A stretch of 64,000 nucleotides of DNA from a virus (taxonomy: Duplodnaviria > Heunggongvirae > Uroviricota > Caudoviricetes): IMG/VR virus record IMGVR_UViG_3300042485_001768. One strand, written 5' to 3'. The notes under the pieces were generated by a model. It did not search any database. It was given only the letters and a program-made list of their open reading frames with translations, and was not told the origin of the DNA. Of the stretch, positions 1 to 6,910 are shown one piece after another (the first letter of the stretch is position 1; every line of letters starts with the position of its first letter). The position numbers were made by a program, and so were the translations under genes.

Positions 1-82
1 CTCCAGCAAGGTGCTTGCTAGGATATAAAAGACTGACGCCTCCCTCTTCAGAAAGAGTACCCAGCAGGTCAGCGTCCATTTT

Positions 83-154
83 GGCAGTGTAGTTCAGTGG
101 TAGAACAAGAGATTCATACCCTCTATGTCGGTAGTTCAATTCTACCCACTGCCT
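83..154 (+). tRNA. tRNA with CAT anticodon (Met or Ile2)
   Basis: Cloverleaf: acceptor GGCAGTG/CACTGCC, anticodon loop TT-CAT-AC (CAT at 115-117), T-loop TTCAATT. Confidence 0.85.
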
Positions 155-155
155 T

Positions 156-226
156 GTGTCGTTAGCCTAGTGGTAAGGCAGTGGTTTGTGGAACCACCTA
201 GATGGGTTCAATTCCCATACGACACC
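156..226 (+). tRNA. tRNA-His(GTG)
   Basis: Acceptor GTGTCGT/ACGACAC, anticodon stem GTGGT/ACCAC around TT-GTG-GA, C73 discriminator. Confidence 0.9.
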
Positions 227-228
227 CC

Positions 229-307
229 GTTCAGGTGGCAGAGTGGTCGAATGCGGAAGTCTGCAAAACTTCTATTACCGTGGGTTCGAATCCCACCCTG
301 AACTCCA
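229..307 (+). tRNA. tRNA-Cys(GCA)
   Basis: Acceptor GTTCAGG/CCTGAAC, anticodon CT-GCA-AA, U73, encoded CCA. Confidence 0.93.
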
Positions 308-311
308 AAAA

Positions 312-382
312 GTTGGATTGGTGTAACGGTAGCACGACGGTCTCCAAAACCGTTAGTGGGAGTTCAAATCTCTCATCCTTCG
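312..382 (+). tRNA. tRNA-Trp(CCA)
   Basis: Anticodon stem ACGGT/ACCGT around CT-CCA-AA; T-arm GGGAG-TTCAAAT-CTCTC; acceptor has two T-T mismatches. Confidence 0.8.
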
Positions 383-387
383 CCTAT

Positions 388-460
388 GCCCTCGTAACTC
401 AGTGGCTAGAGTATCCGCCTTCTAAGCGGTTAGTCGTAGGTTCGAATCCTACCGAGGGTG
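388..460 (+). tRNA. tRNA-Arg(TCT)
   Basis: Acceptor GCCCTCG/CGAGGGT, anticodon CT-TCT-AA, GGTTCGAATCC T-arm. Confidence 0.93.
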
Positions 461-464
461 CTTT

Positions 465-538
465 GTCCTCTTAACTCAGTGGACCAGAGTGCTTGGCTAC
501 GAACCAAGAAGTCGCAAGTTCAAATCTTGCAGAGGACG
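465..538 (+). tRNA. tRNA-Arg(ACG)
   Basis: Acceptor GTCCTCT/AGAGGAC, anticodon stem CTTGG/CCAAG around CT-ACG-AA. Confidence 0.92.
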
Positions 539-539
539 C

Positions 540-568
540 TTGACAAACTTACAAAAGTTTGTTACTAT
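540..568 (+). promoter_or_regulatory. sigma70-like early promoter
   Basis: TTGACA(540-545)-17 nt-TACTAT(563-568). Confidence 0.65.
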
Positions 569-633
569 ATAATAGTGATAGAGGTTGAGTCCCTGTTACA
601 TCCTTATGAGGTGTATCACACTCAATCCATCAA

Positions 634-708
634 AGTGGGGAAGTGTAACGGTTGCACAGAAGTCTCATAAGCTTCAAGAAGGAGGTTCAATTCCTCCCCC
701 CGCCACCA
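634..708 (+). tRNA. tRNA-Met(CAT), initiator-like 1:72 mismatch
   Basis: Anticodon stem GAAGT/GCTTC around CT-CAT-AA, T-arm GGAGG/CCTCC, A1xC72 unpaired, encoded ACCA. Confidence 0.82.
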
Positions 709-711
709 CAT

Positions 712-784
712 TCCCTTATAGCTCAATTGGCAGAGCACGGAGCTGTTAACTCTGGGGTTCCTGGTTCGAGTCCAGGTGGGGGAG
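712..784 (+). tRNA. tRNA-Asn(GTT)
   Basis: Anticodon CT-GTT-AA, T-arm CCTGG-TTCGAGT-CCAGG, G73. Confidence 0.92.
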
Positions 785-916
785 TTTTAATCTAGGAATA
801 AAATGATTAATATTTTTAAAAAAATCTATTTTAATATAAAAGCATATATTGAATTTAAAAAAGTATCTAAAAAATGTAGAGAAGAAGACCCATACATCTA
901 TAAATAAAACTAAAAA

Positions 917-1687
917 ATGACTAATAATATATTAGTTACATTTGGATGTAGTTGGACTTTTGGTGAAGGATCTGGATATGTTGATGGAATGGATCAAAAT
1001 GAATATGAAGAAATTCAACAGGATGAAAAAATATGTTATGATAATTCTTGGAGAAAAATCATAGTAGATCATTATAATCTTAGACACATAAACTTTTCTG
1101 TTCCAGGAAGTAGCAATCAAAGACAGTTTAAAACTGCTAGGGAATATTTTGTAACAGAAGAATGGAAAAAATTAATTAGTGAACGCAGAAATAATGTTGT
1201 TGTTTTGTGGGGAATTACCAGTACATATAGAAATTATTTTTGGTGTAAAGATACTAATAGATACCAAAACATTTTTTATTCTAAATCTAAATATGATAGA
1301 TACCAAGACAAATTGGCAAAAGCAATGATGTCATGGTCCTATGTTAAAGAGGTTGAGGAAGAAGTTGTAAAAAATGAAATATTATTTTTTAATCAATATT
1401 TTAAATTGGTTGGTGTAAAAAATATGTGGTTTGATACTTTTAATTCTTTAGATTATAAAGAAAAATTTGATAATTTTTTAGATCAATATAAAGAACAGAG
1501 AGATCTTTTATCGATGCTTTGTTATGAACATGCTAGAAAATTAAATGGCAGATTAGTTTTGAATAATAATTTTAAATATGCTGAAGAAAATGGATTAATA
1601 AATTTAATTAGTTTTCATCCTAAAAAAGAACAATATAAAATTATTGGTGAATATTTTATTAGAAAATTGAAAAAATACTTCAAATAA
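917..1687 (+). CDS. SGNH/GDSL-hydrolase-like hypothetical protein
   Basis: FGCSWTFG (block I), PGSSN (block II) and a C-terminal HP motif; paralog at 61329-62201. Confidence 0.55.
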   Translation: MTNNILVTFGCSWTFGEGSGYVDGMDQNEYEEIQQDEKICYDNSWRKIIVDHYNLRHINFSVPGSSNQRQFKTAREYFVTEEWKKLISERRNNVVVLWGITSTYRNYFWCKDTNRYQNIFYSKSKYDRYQDKLAKAMMSWSYVKEVEEEVVKNEILFFNQYFKLVGVKNMWFDTFNSLDYKEKFDNFLDQYKEQRDLLSMLCYEHARKLNGRLVLNNNFKYAEENGLINLISFHPKKEQYKIIGEYFIRKLKKYFK

Positions 1688-1699
1688 ATCAATAAATAG

Positions 1700-1728
1700 T
1701 TGACAAAATAATTTGTCTCTGTTAAAAT
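1700..1728 (+). promoter_or_regulatory. sigma70-like promoter for tRNA-Val
   Basis: TTGACA-17 nt-TAAAAT. Confidence 0.6.
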
Positions 1729-1737
1729 AAAATCATC

Positions 1738-1809
1738 GGGCGATTAACTCAGCGGTAGAGTGGCCTCCTTACAAGTGGTAAGTCACTGGTTCGATTCCAG
1801 TATCGCCCA
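1738..1809 (+). tRNA. tRNA-Val(TAC)
   Basis: Acceptor GGGCGAT/ATCGCCC, anticodon CT-TAC-AA, A73. Confidence 0.9.
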
Positions 1810-1835
1810 TATATAAAATGAAGCATATATAACTT

Positions 1836-2012
1836 ATGAAAGATAAAAAATTCAAAAAATTAATTCAAAAACCTTTAAGATTTCATCATCAAGATATCCA
1901 TGAAGAACTTGATAGTATTAAATTATCATTAGCAGATATTAGGAGATTAATGGAAAATGTTAGTAGTGAGATGCAAAGATTGCAACAAAGAGTTGACAAG
2001 TCATCCATCTAA
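1836..2012 (+). CDS. small hypothetical protein (58 aa)
   Basis: ATG-TAA ORF MKDKKFKKLIQKPLRFHHQDIHEEL..., read directly from the sequence. Confidence 0.5.
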   Translation: MKDKKFKKLIQKPLRFHHQDIHEELDSIKLSLADIRRLMENVSSEMQRLQQRVDKSSI

Positions 2013-2214
2013 AACTCAGTGTTGTGGATGTTCTAATATGATGACTGTCTGTGCTGATAACATATCAGCCATTGATTTAACTAAAGTAATTATTATTAAT
2101 TCAAATAATAAAAAACCTCATAAAAAAACAAGTTTATTTTCTCCAGAAGAACTTGAGTATCAAGAATCTAGAAGAAAAAGAAAAGTTCGCAAATTAGATT
2201 TTGAAATACGTTAA
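1957..2214 (+). CDS. hypothetical protein with Zn-ribbon-like Cys pairs
   Basis: CKDC...CCGC motif, basic C-terminus. Confidence 0.65.
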   Translation: MLVVRCKDCNKELTSHPSKTQCCGCSNMMTVCADNISAIDLTKVIIINSNNKKPHKKTSLFSPEELEYQESRRKRKVRKLDFEIR

Positions 2215-2254
2215 ATCTTAACTAAATAAGAAAATAAAGTTTTCTTATTAACTT

Positions 2255-2341
2255 GGAAGGGCAATCCGATTGGCGACGGAACCTGTCTTGAAAACAGTTG
2301 AGGTGTTAAAGCCCTTGGGGGTTCGACTCCCCCTCCTTCCG
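2255..2341 (+). tRNA. tRNA-Ser(TGA)
   Basis: Long variable arm, anticodon CT-TGA-AA, acceptor GGAAGGG/TCCTTCC, G73. Confidence 0.92.
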
Positions 2342-2440
2342 TTTAACAATTTTTTAATTTGTGTTATAAAATGAACACAATACATTGACGTTTAAAAATT
2401 AAAAACTATTATATAGTAGTACAACTACTTATAAACCCCA

Positions 2441-2596
2441 ATGGATGATCATACTTACCAAAATTGGGTGAAGATTAAAGAAACCTTTGAGTCTTCTGGT
2501 AATACAAATAACATGTTTTATCGTAGGGCCTGTGAAATAGTAAAAACTAAAAGAGACCCTTTAGCAAAGTTTTTTGGTGATACTAATAATGGATAA
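2441..2596 (+). CDS. small hypothetical protein (51 aa)
   Basis: ORF MDDHTYQNWVKIKETFESSGNTNNMFYRRACEIV... downstream of a TTGACG/TATTAT promoter-like pair. Confidence 0.55.
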   Translation: MDDHTYQNWVKIKETFESSGNTNNMFYRRACEIVKTKRDPLAKFFGDTNNG

Positions 2597-2675
2597 AACA
2601 ATTATATCTGCAATAATAATTTTTACATTAATTGGTTTATTCATCAGATGGGGACTTACAAACGCATATGCGTAA
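2589..2675 (+). CDS. 28-aa single-TM peptide
   Basis: MDKTIISAIIIFTLIGLFIRWGLTNAYA; overlaps the previous stop codon. Confidence 0.4.
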   Translation: MDKTIISAIIIFTLIGLFIRWGLTNAYA

Positions 2676-2702
2676 GTAAAGATAATTTAAATGGAGAGAA
2701 AG

Positions 2703-2819
2703 ATGATTTTTCATATTGTAGAGACTCTTGCAGCGAGTCCAGTTTGGTTGTTCTTTTGCGGTTTTGGCTTGACAGTTGTTCCTTTTATGGGTATAATGAT
2801 TATACACCGAGATAAATAA
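2703..2819 (+). CDS. 38-aa hydrophobic peptide
   Basis: MIFHIVETLAASPVWLFFCGFGLTVVPFMGIMIIHRDK. Confidence 0.45.
   Translation: MIFHIVETLAASPVWLFFCGFGLTVVPFMGIMIIHRDK
2769..2797 (+). promoter_or_regulatory. perfect-consensus sigma70 promoter for tRNA-Pro
   Basis: TTGACA-17 nt-TATAAT. Confidence 0.8.
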
Positions 2820-2827
2820 TCTTATTA

Positions 2828-2901
2828 CGGGGTGTAGCTCAGTTTGGTAGAGCACTGCTTTTGGGAAGCAGGGGCCGTAGGTTCGAATCCTATCACCCCG
2901 A
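2828..2901 (+). tRNA. tRNA-Pro(TGG)
   Basis: CGGGGTG/CACCCCG acceptor, anticodon TT-TGG-GA. Confidence 0.93.
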
Positions 2902-3105
2902 TTAGTAAAATCTTTGTAATTTTACTATTTAAATTTTAGTTAATGATTTTTTTAAATGGAATCACAACAGGAAATTTCTAAAATTGAATCTATAGATTTT
3001 ACTAATGAGTCAAGTAAAGATGCATCAGAGACAGATATCAAAGAGTTGATAGAGGTCTTGACAAACCACAACGATGCATGTTAACTTTGATTTGTTGAAA
3101 CACAC

Positions 3106-3180
3106 GGGACTGTCGCCTATTGGTTAAGGCCCACTGCTTATAACGGTGTGAACTGAGTTCAATTCTCAGCAGTCCTACCA
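3106..3180 (+). tRNA. tRNA-Ile(TAT), copy 1
   Basis: Anticodon stem CACTG/CGGTG around CT-TAT-AA; encoded ACCA. Confidence 0.88.
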
Positions 3181-3181
3181 A

Positions 3182-3253
3182 GGGAGTATAGCTTAATGGT
3201 TAGAGCGGCCTGCTTATAACGGGTTAGTCTGGGTTCAACTCCCAGTATTCCTA
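3182..3253 (+). tRNA. tRNA-Ile(TAT), copy 2
   Basis: Anticodon stem GCCTG/CGGGT around CT-TAT-AA; T-arm CTGGG/CCCAG. Confidence 0.88.
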
Positions 3254-3282
3254 TTGCTATTCGCTATTTGCGAATAACGAAT

Positions 3283-3355
3283 GCTCGTTTAGCCATCTGG
3301 TGAAGGCAGCGAACTCATAATTCGCCTCAGGAGAGTTCGATCCTCTCAACGAGCA
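3283..3355 (+). tRNA. tRNA-Met(CAT), third CAT tRNA
   Basis: Acceptor GCTCGTT/AACGAGC, anticodon stem GCGAA/TTCGC around CT-CAT-AA. Confidence 0.88.
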
Positions 3356-3381
3356 CTCGGACAGAATTTAATCTGTCCATC

Positions 3382-3410
3382 TTGACTTCTCCAAGTCAAC
3401 CCCTTATAAT
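3382..3410 (+). promoter_or_regulatory. sigma70-like promoter
   Basis: TTGACT-17 nt-TATAAT, preceded by hairpin GGACAGA/TCTGTCC. Confidence 0.72.
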
Positions 3411-3432
3411 ATTAAGGTCAACATTCAAAACA

Positions 3433-3648
3433 ATGACTCTTACAACTAAATTCAAGAAAGACATTCAAACTCTTCGCGGTGCTGCAAACGGAGATTTTTA
3501 TCTCGATGTAAAGAATCCGAAACTTTATAAAAAAGTTCGCAGATATTATGAAGGTGAAGGTGTAGTGTTCTCTGGTGATCCTTTGGATGATTATGAAATG
3601 CTAATGGAATATCTCTATCAAGATCTTGAAACTGTAGAAGTTGCCTAG
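3433..3648 (+). CDS. hypothetical protein (71 aa) of the type seen in cyanomyoviruses
   Basis: MTLTTKFKKDIQTLRGAANGDFYLDVKNPKLYKKV...; ATG at 3433 follows the promoter. Confidence 0.7.
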   Translation: MTLTTKFKKDIQTLRGAANGDFYLDVKNPKLYKKVRRYYEGEGVVFSGDPLDDYEMLMEYLYQDLETVEVA

Positions 3649-4055
3649 TCATGGAGAGACTATAAAAACCCTGGTCGGGAGCAACCCCTTATGGATAAAA
3701 CAACTATACTTAGGTATGTTGGTAATGCACTCCTCATAATTGGATATTACATTCTTTTATGGGGAGATGAAAAAATTGGATTAATTGTTAAATTTCTTGC
3801 TGGAATCTTGTTACTTCCTTCATTTGTTTATTTAAAAATGTGGGATTCTGTAACAATATGTGGATTTTATGCTTTTATTGAAATTACTAGATTAATCCAT
3901 CTTTTCGCCACGGATGGGCGTTAACAGTACTGGTGGAGTCAAATGACCCTCATTTTGGTTTCTTGCTTTTCCATTAAAAAGCAAGTGGTGCGGATGGGGA
4001 ATTCTTTCTCCGCCTGGTTTCTTGCCTCCAGTTAAAGGGCAAGTGGCGAGCCTGA
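3646..4055 (+). ncRNA. modular structured RNA, probably related to the cyanophage manA/wcaG motifs; encloses ORF 3691-3924
   Basis: Two copies of a stem-AYGGANR-stem-TAAnnnnnCTGGT-hairpin unit (3646-3689, 3906-3950) and two copies of a TGGTTTCTTGC..CCA..GCAAGTGGYG unit (3956-3990, 4014-4048) with compensatory stem changes; the family name is from recall and is unverified. Confidence 0.6.
3691..3924 (+). CDS. small multi-TM membrane protein (77 aa)
   Basis: Three hydrophobic stretches; the stop codon lies inside the second RNA unit. Confidence 0.65.
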   Translation: MDKTTILRYVGNALLIIGYYILLWGDEKIGLIVKFLAGILLLPSFVYLKMWDSVTICGFYAFIEITRLIHLFATDGR

Positions 4056-4063
4056 ATTTACTA

Positions 4064-4088
4064 AGATGGGTAAATCCCATCTTTTTTT
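4064..4088 (+). terminator. intrinsic terminator
   Basis: AGATGGG-TAAAT-CCCATCT followed by a T-run. Confidence 0.75.
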
Positions 4089-4122
4089 ATACCATAAAAT
4101 AAATACATTTTTAATTCTTATT

Positions 4123-4935
4123 ATGGTAGAAGTATCTCACTTAGAATGGCATATAACACATTCATGTAATTTTATGTGTCAGGGGTGTGGGCATTTTACT
4201 AATGATGGATATAATGAGCATATATCAATTGATGATTTAAAAAAATGGTATTCACTTTGGAAAAATAAAATAAAACCCAAAGAATTATCAATACTCGGTG
4301 GAGAACCTTTATTACACAAAGATTTAATTGATATAATTTACATGACAAAAGAGGAATGGAATATTCAAGAAGACCAATATTATGAGATAGTTACTAATGG
4401 TGTTTTAATTGATAGGCATCCAGAATTACCAAAAGCTTTATATGATACTAATTGTGTCATGACAGTATCAATGCATTCTTATGATAAAGAATACTTAAAA
4501 GTGTTTTTAAAATCTTTATCTAAAATAAATGAATGGGTTGAATTATATGGTATTAATGTAGTATTAAATGATTCTGCTAATCATTGGATAAAAACCTATC
4601 ATGGTAGTGGTAAAAACATACTTCCTTTTGAAGACAATGATCCACAAATGAGTTGGGATAGATGCCCATCAGGACAACAGAATTTTCAATTATATAATGG
4701 AAAAATGTATAAATGTTCGCCACTTGCATATCTACAACTTAAAAAAAGAAAATATGGAGATCAATTATCACCAAAATGGGATCCATATTTAAAATACAAA
4801 CCATTATCACCAGATTCTACTGAAGAAGAAATATATGAATTTTTTAATAGAGGATCAGAATCTGTCTGTAGCATGTGTCCTAAGAACCCTCAAAAATTTA
4901 TAAAGTCTAATCCGATGAAAAAATTCATTGACTGA
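4123..4935 (+). CDS. radical SAM protein with extra C-terminal Cys (SPASM/twitch-like)
   Basis: CNFMCQGC (CxxxCxxC), ILGGEPLL, VTNG, C-terminal CSMC; late-promoter-like ATAAATA at 4099-4105. Confidence 0.85.
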   Translation: MVEVSHLEWHITHSCNFMCQGCGHFTNDGYNEHISIDDLKKWYSLWKNKIKPKELSILGGEPLLHKDLIDIIYMTKEEWNIQEDQYYEIVTNGVLIDRHPELPKALYDTNCVMTVSMHSYDKEYLKVFLKSLSKINEWVELYGINVVLNDSANHWIKTYHGSGKNILPFEDNDPQMSWDRCPSGQQNFQLYNGKMYKCSPLAYLQLKKRKYGDQLSPKWDPYLKYKPLSPDSTEEEIYEFFNRGSESVCSMCPKNPQKFIKSNPMKKFID

Positions 4936-4980
4936 ATTTTGTTTTAATGTTAGGATGCAATCCATATCATAATTTAACAT

Positions 4981-5982
4981 ATGAAAGTTGCCCTTATCAC
5001 TGGAATAACAGGACAGGATGGATCGTATCTTGCAGAATTGCTTCTTCAAAAAGGTTATGAAGTTCATGGCATTGTTAGAAGAGCATCCCTTATCAATACT
5101 CATCGTATTGACCATATCTTTGATTCTATTAATCTCCATTACGGTGATCTTACTGATTCTACCAATCTTGTAAGAGTTATTCAGCAGGTTCAACCAGATG
5201 AAATTTATAACTTGGGTGCCCAAAGTCATGTAAAAGTGTCTTTTGAGATGCCAGAATATACTGGTATGGTTGATGGTCTTGGAACTCTTCGTATTCTTGA
5301 AGCAGTTCGTCTTTTAGGAATGGAGAAAAAAACAAGAATTTATCAAGCATCTACTTCTGAACTATATGGTCTCGTTCAAGAAGTACCACAAAAAGAAACA
5401 ACCCCTTTTTATCCTCGTTCACCTTATGGAGTCGCTAAACTTTATGGATACTGGATTATTAAAAACTACCGAGAATCGTATGGATTACACGCAAGTTCTG
5501 GAATTCTTTTCAATCACGAATCCCCTCGCAGAGGAGAAACTTTTGTCACAAGAAAAATCACTCGCGGATTATCACGAATTTCAACTGGGGAACAGGACGT
5601 ATTATATCTCGGAAATTTGAATGCAAAGCGTGATTGGGGACATGCTAAAGACTTTGTTGAAGCAATGTGGTTAATGCTTCAACAAGATAACCCAGATGAC
5701 TATGTAATCGCTACAGGAAAACAATACTCGGTACGCGAGTTTGTTGAAGAAGCATCACCTTATTTTGGAATGAAAATTGCTTGGGAAGGTGAAGGTTTAG
5801 ATGAAGTTGGTATTGATAGACTTACTAAAAAAGTAATAATTAGAGTTAATCCAAAATATTTTAGACCAGCAGAAGTTGAATCTTTGTTGGGAGACCCATC
5901 AAAAGCGAAAGAAAAACTAGGATGGGAACCAAAAATTACATTTGAACAATTAGTTGAGGACATGTGTTTATATGGACAATAA
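4981..5982 (+). CDS. gmd: GDP-mannose 4,6-dehydratase
   Basis: [55 protein letters not shown]. Confidence 0.97.
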   Translation: MKVALITGITGQDGSYLAELLLQKGYEVHGIVRRASLINTHRIDHIFDSINLHYGDLTDSTNLVRVIQQVQPDEIYNLGAQSHVKVSFEMPEYTGMVDGLGTLRILEAVRLLGMEKKTRIYQASTSELYGLVQEVPQKETTPFYPRSPYGVAKLYGYWIIKNYRESYGLHASSGILFNHESPRRGETFVTRKITRGLSRISTGEQDVLYLGNLNAKRDWGHAKDFVEAMWLMLQQDNPDDYVIATGKQYSVREFVEEASPYFGMKIAWEGEGLDEVGIDRLTKKVIIRVNPKYFRPAEVESLLGDPSKAKEKLGWEPKITFEQLVEDMCLYGQ

Positions 5983-6910
5983 TTCTAAAATCTTTGTTGC
6001 TGGTCATAATGGTTTAGTTGGATCTGCAATTGTTAGAAATTTAAAGTCAAAAGGGTATAATAATATTATTACTGCAAATAGAAAACAACTAGATCTTACC
6101 GATCAATGTCAAGTTGATTTATTCTTCATTGAAAATAAACCAGATTATGTATTTCTTGCTGCAGCAAAAGTAGGTGGTATCGTTGCTAATCGAGATTATC
6201 CAGCAGATTTTATTCGAGACAATCTTTTAATTCAAACAAATGTAATTGATGCCTCTTACCGATATGGTGTAAAAAAACTGGTATTTTTAGGGTCTTCTTG
6301 TATATATCCTAAACATCCAACTATTCCGATTACAGAAGATCAATTCCTTACTGGACCATTAGAACCCACAAATGATGCCTACGCAGTTGCAAAAATTGCT
6401 GGAATTAAAATGTGCCAAGCGTATAATAAACAGTATGGATTTAATGCAGTCTCATTAATGCCAACTAATCTTTATGGACCTAATGATAATTTTGACCCAG
6501 AAAGTAGTCACGTTATTCCAGGTATAATGGGGAGAGTTCATAAGGCAAAAATTAATAATGAACCTTTTATAGAGTGTTGGGGAGATGGATCTGCATTACG
6601 TGAATTTTTATTCATTGATGATTTTGCTGAAGCATGTTATACTTGCATGATTAAATATAATAACCCTGAAATTATTAATATCGGTAGTGGCAAGGATATT
6701 ACAATTAAAAATCTAACAGAATTAATTTGTAATGTTTTAGATTACACTGGTGAAATTAAATGGGATACTTCTAAACCCAATGGAACCCCAAGAAAAGTGA
6801 TGAATGTTGATAAAATTAAATCTCTTGGATGGGATACTAAAACTGGGATTAGACAAGGTTTATACGAAACATACGAATGGTTTAAAAACAATGTCAATGA
6901 TCGGATTTAA
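5972..6910 (+). CDS. fcl: GDP-L-fucose synthase
   Basis: [41 protein letters not shown]. Confidence 0.96.
   Translation: MDNNSKIFVAGHNGLVGSAIVRNLKSKGYNNIITANRKQLDLTDQCQVDLFFIENKPDYVFLAAAKVGGIVANRDYPADFIRDNLLIQTNVIDASYRYGVKKLVFLGSSCIYPKHPTIPITEDQFLTGPLEPTNDAYAVAKIAGIKMCQAYNKQYGFNAVSLMPTNLYGPNDNFDPESSHVIPGIMGRVHKAKINNEPFIECWGDGSALREFLFIDDFAEACYTCMIKYNNPEIINIGSGKDITIKNLTELICNVLDYTGEIKWDTSKPNGTPRKVMNVDKIKSLGWDTKTGIRQGLYETYEWFKNNVNDRI

Noticed and set aside
202-670. ORFs 202-474 and 458-670
   Set aside because: They run through intact tRNA genes and are shadow ORFs.
2255-2341. TGA anticodon as a possible stop-codon suppressor
   Set aside because: Anticodon UGA reads UCA (Ser); the body is a normal type II tRNA-Ser. 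Genes here use TAA, TAG and TGA as ordinary stops.
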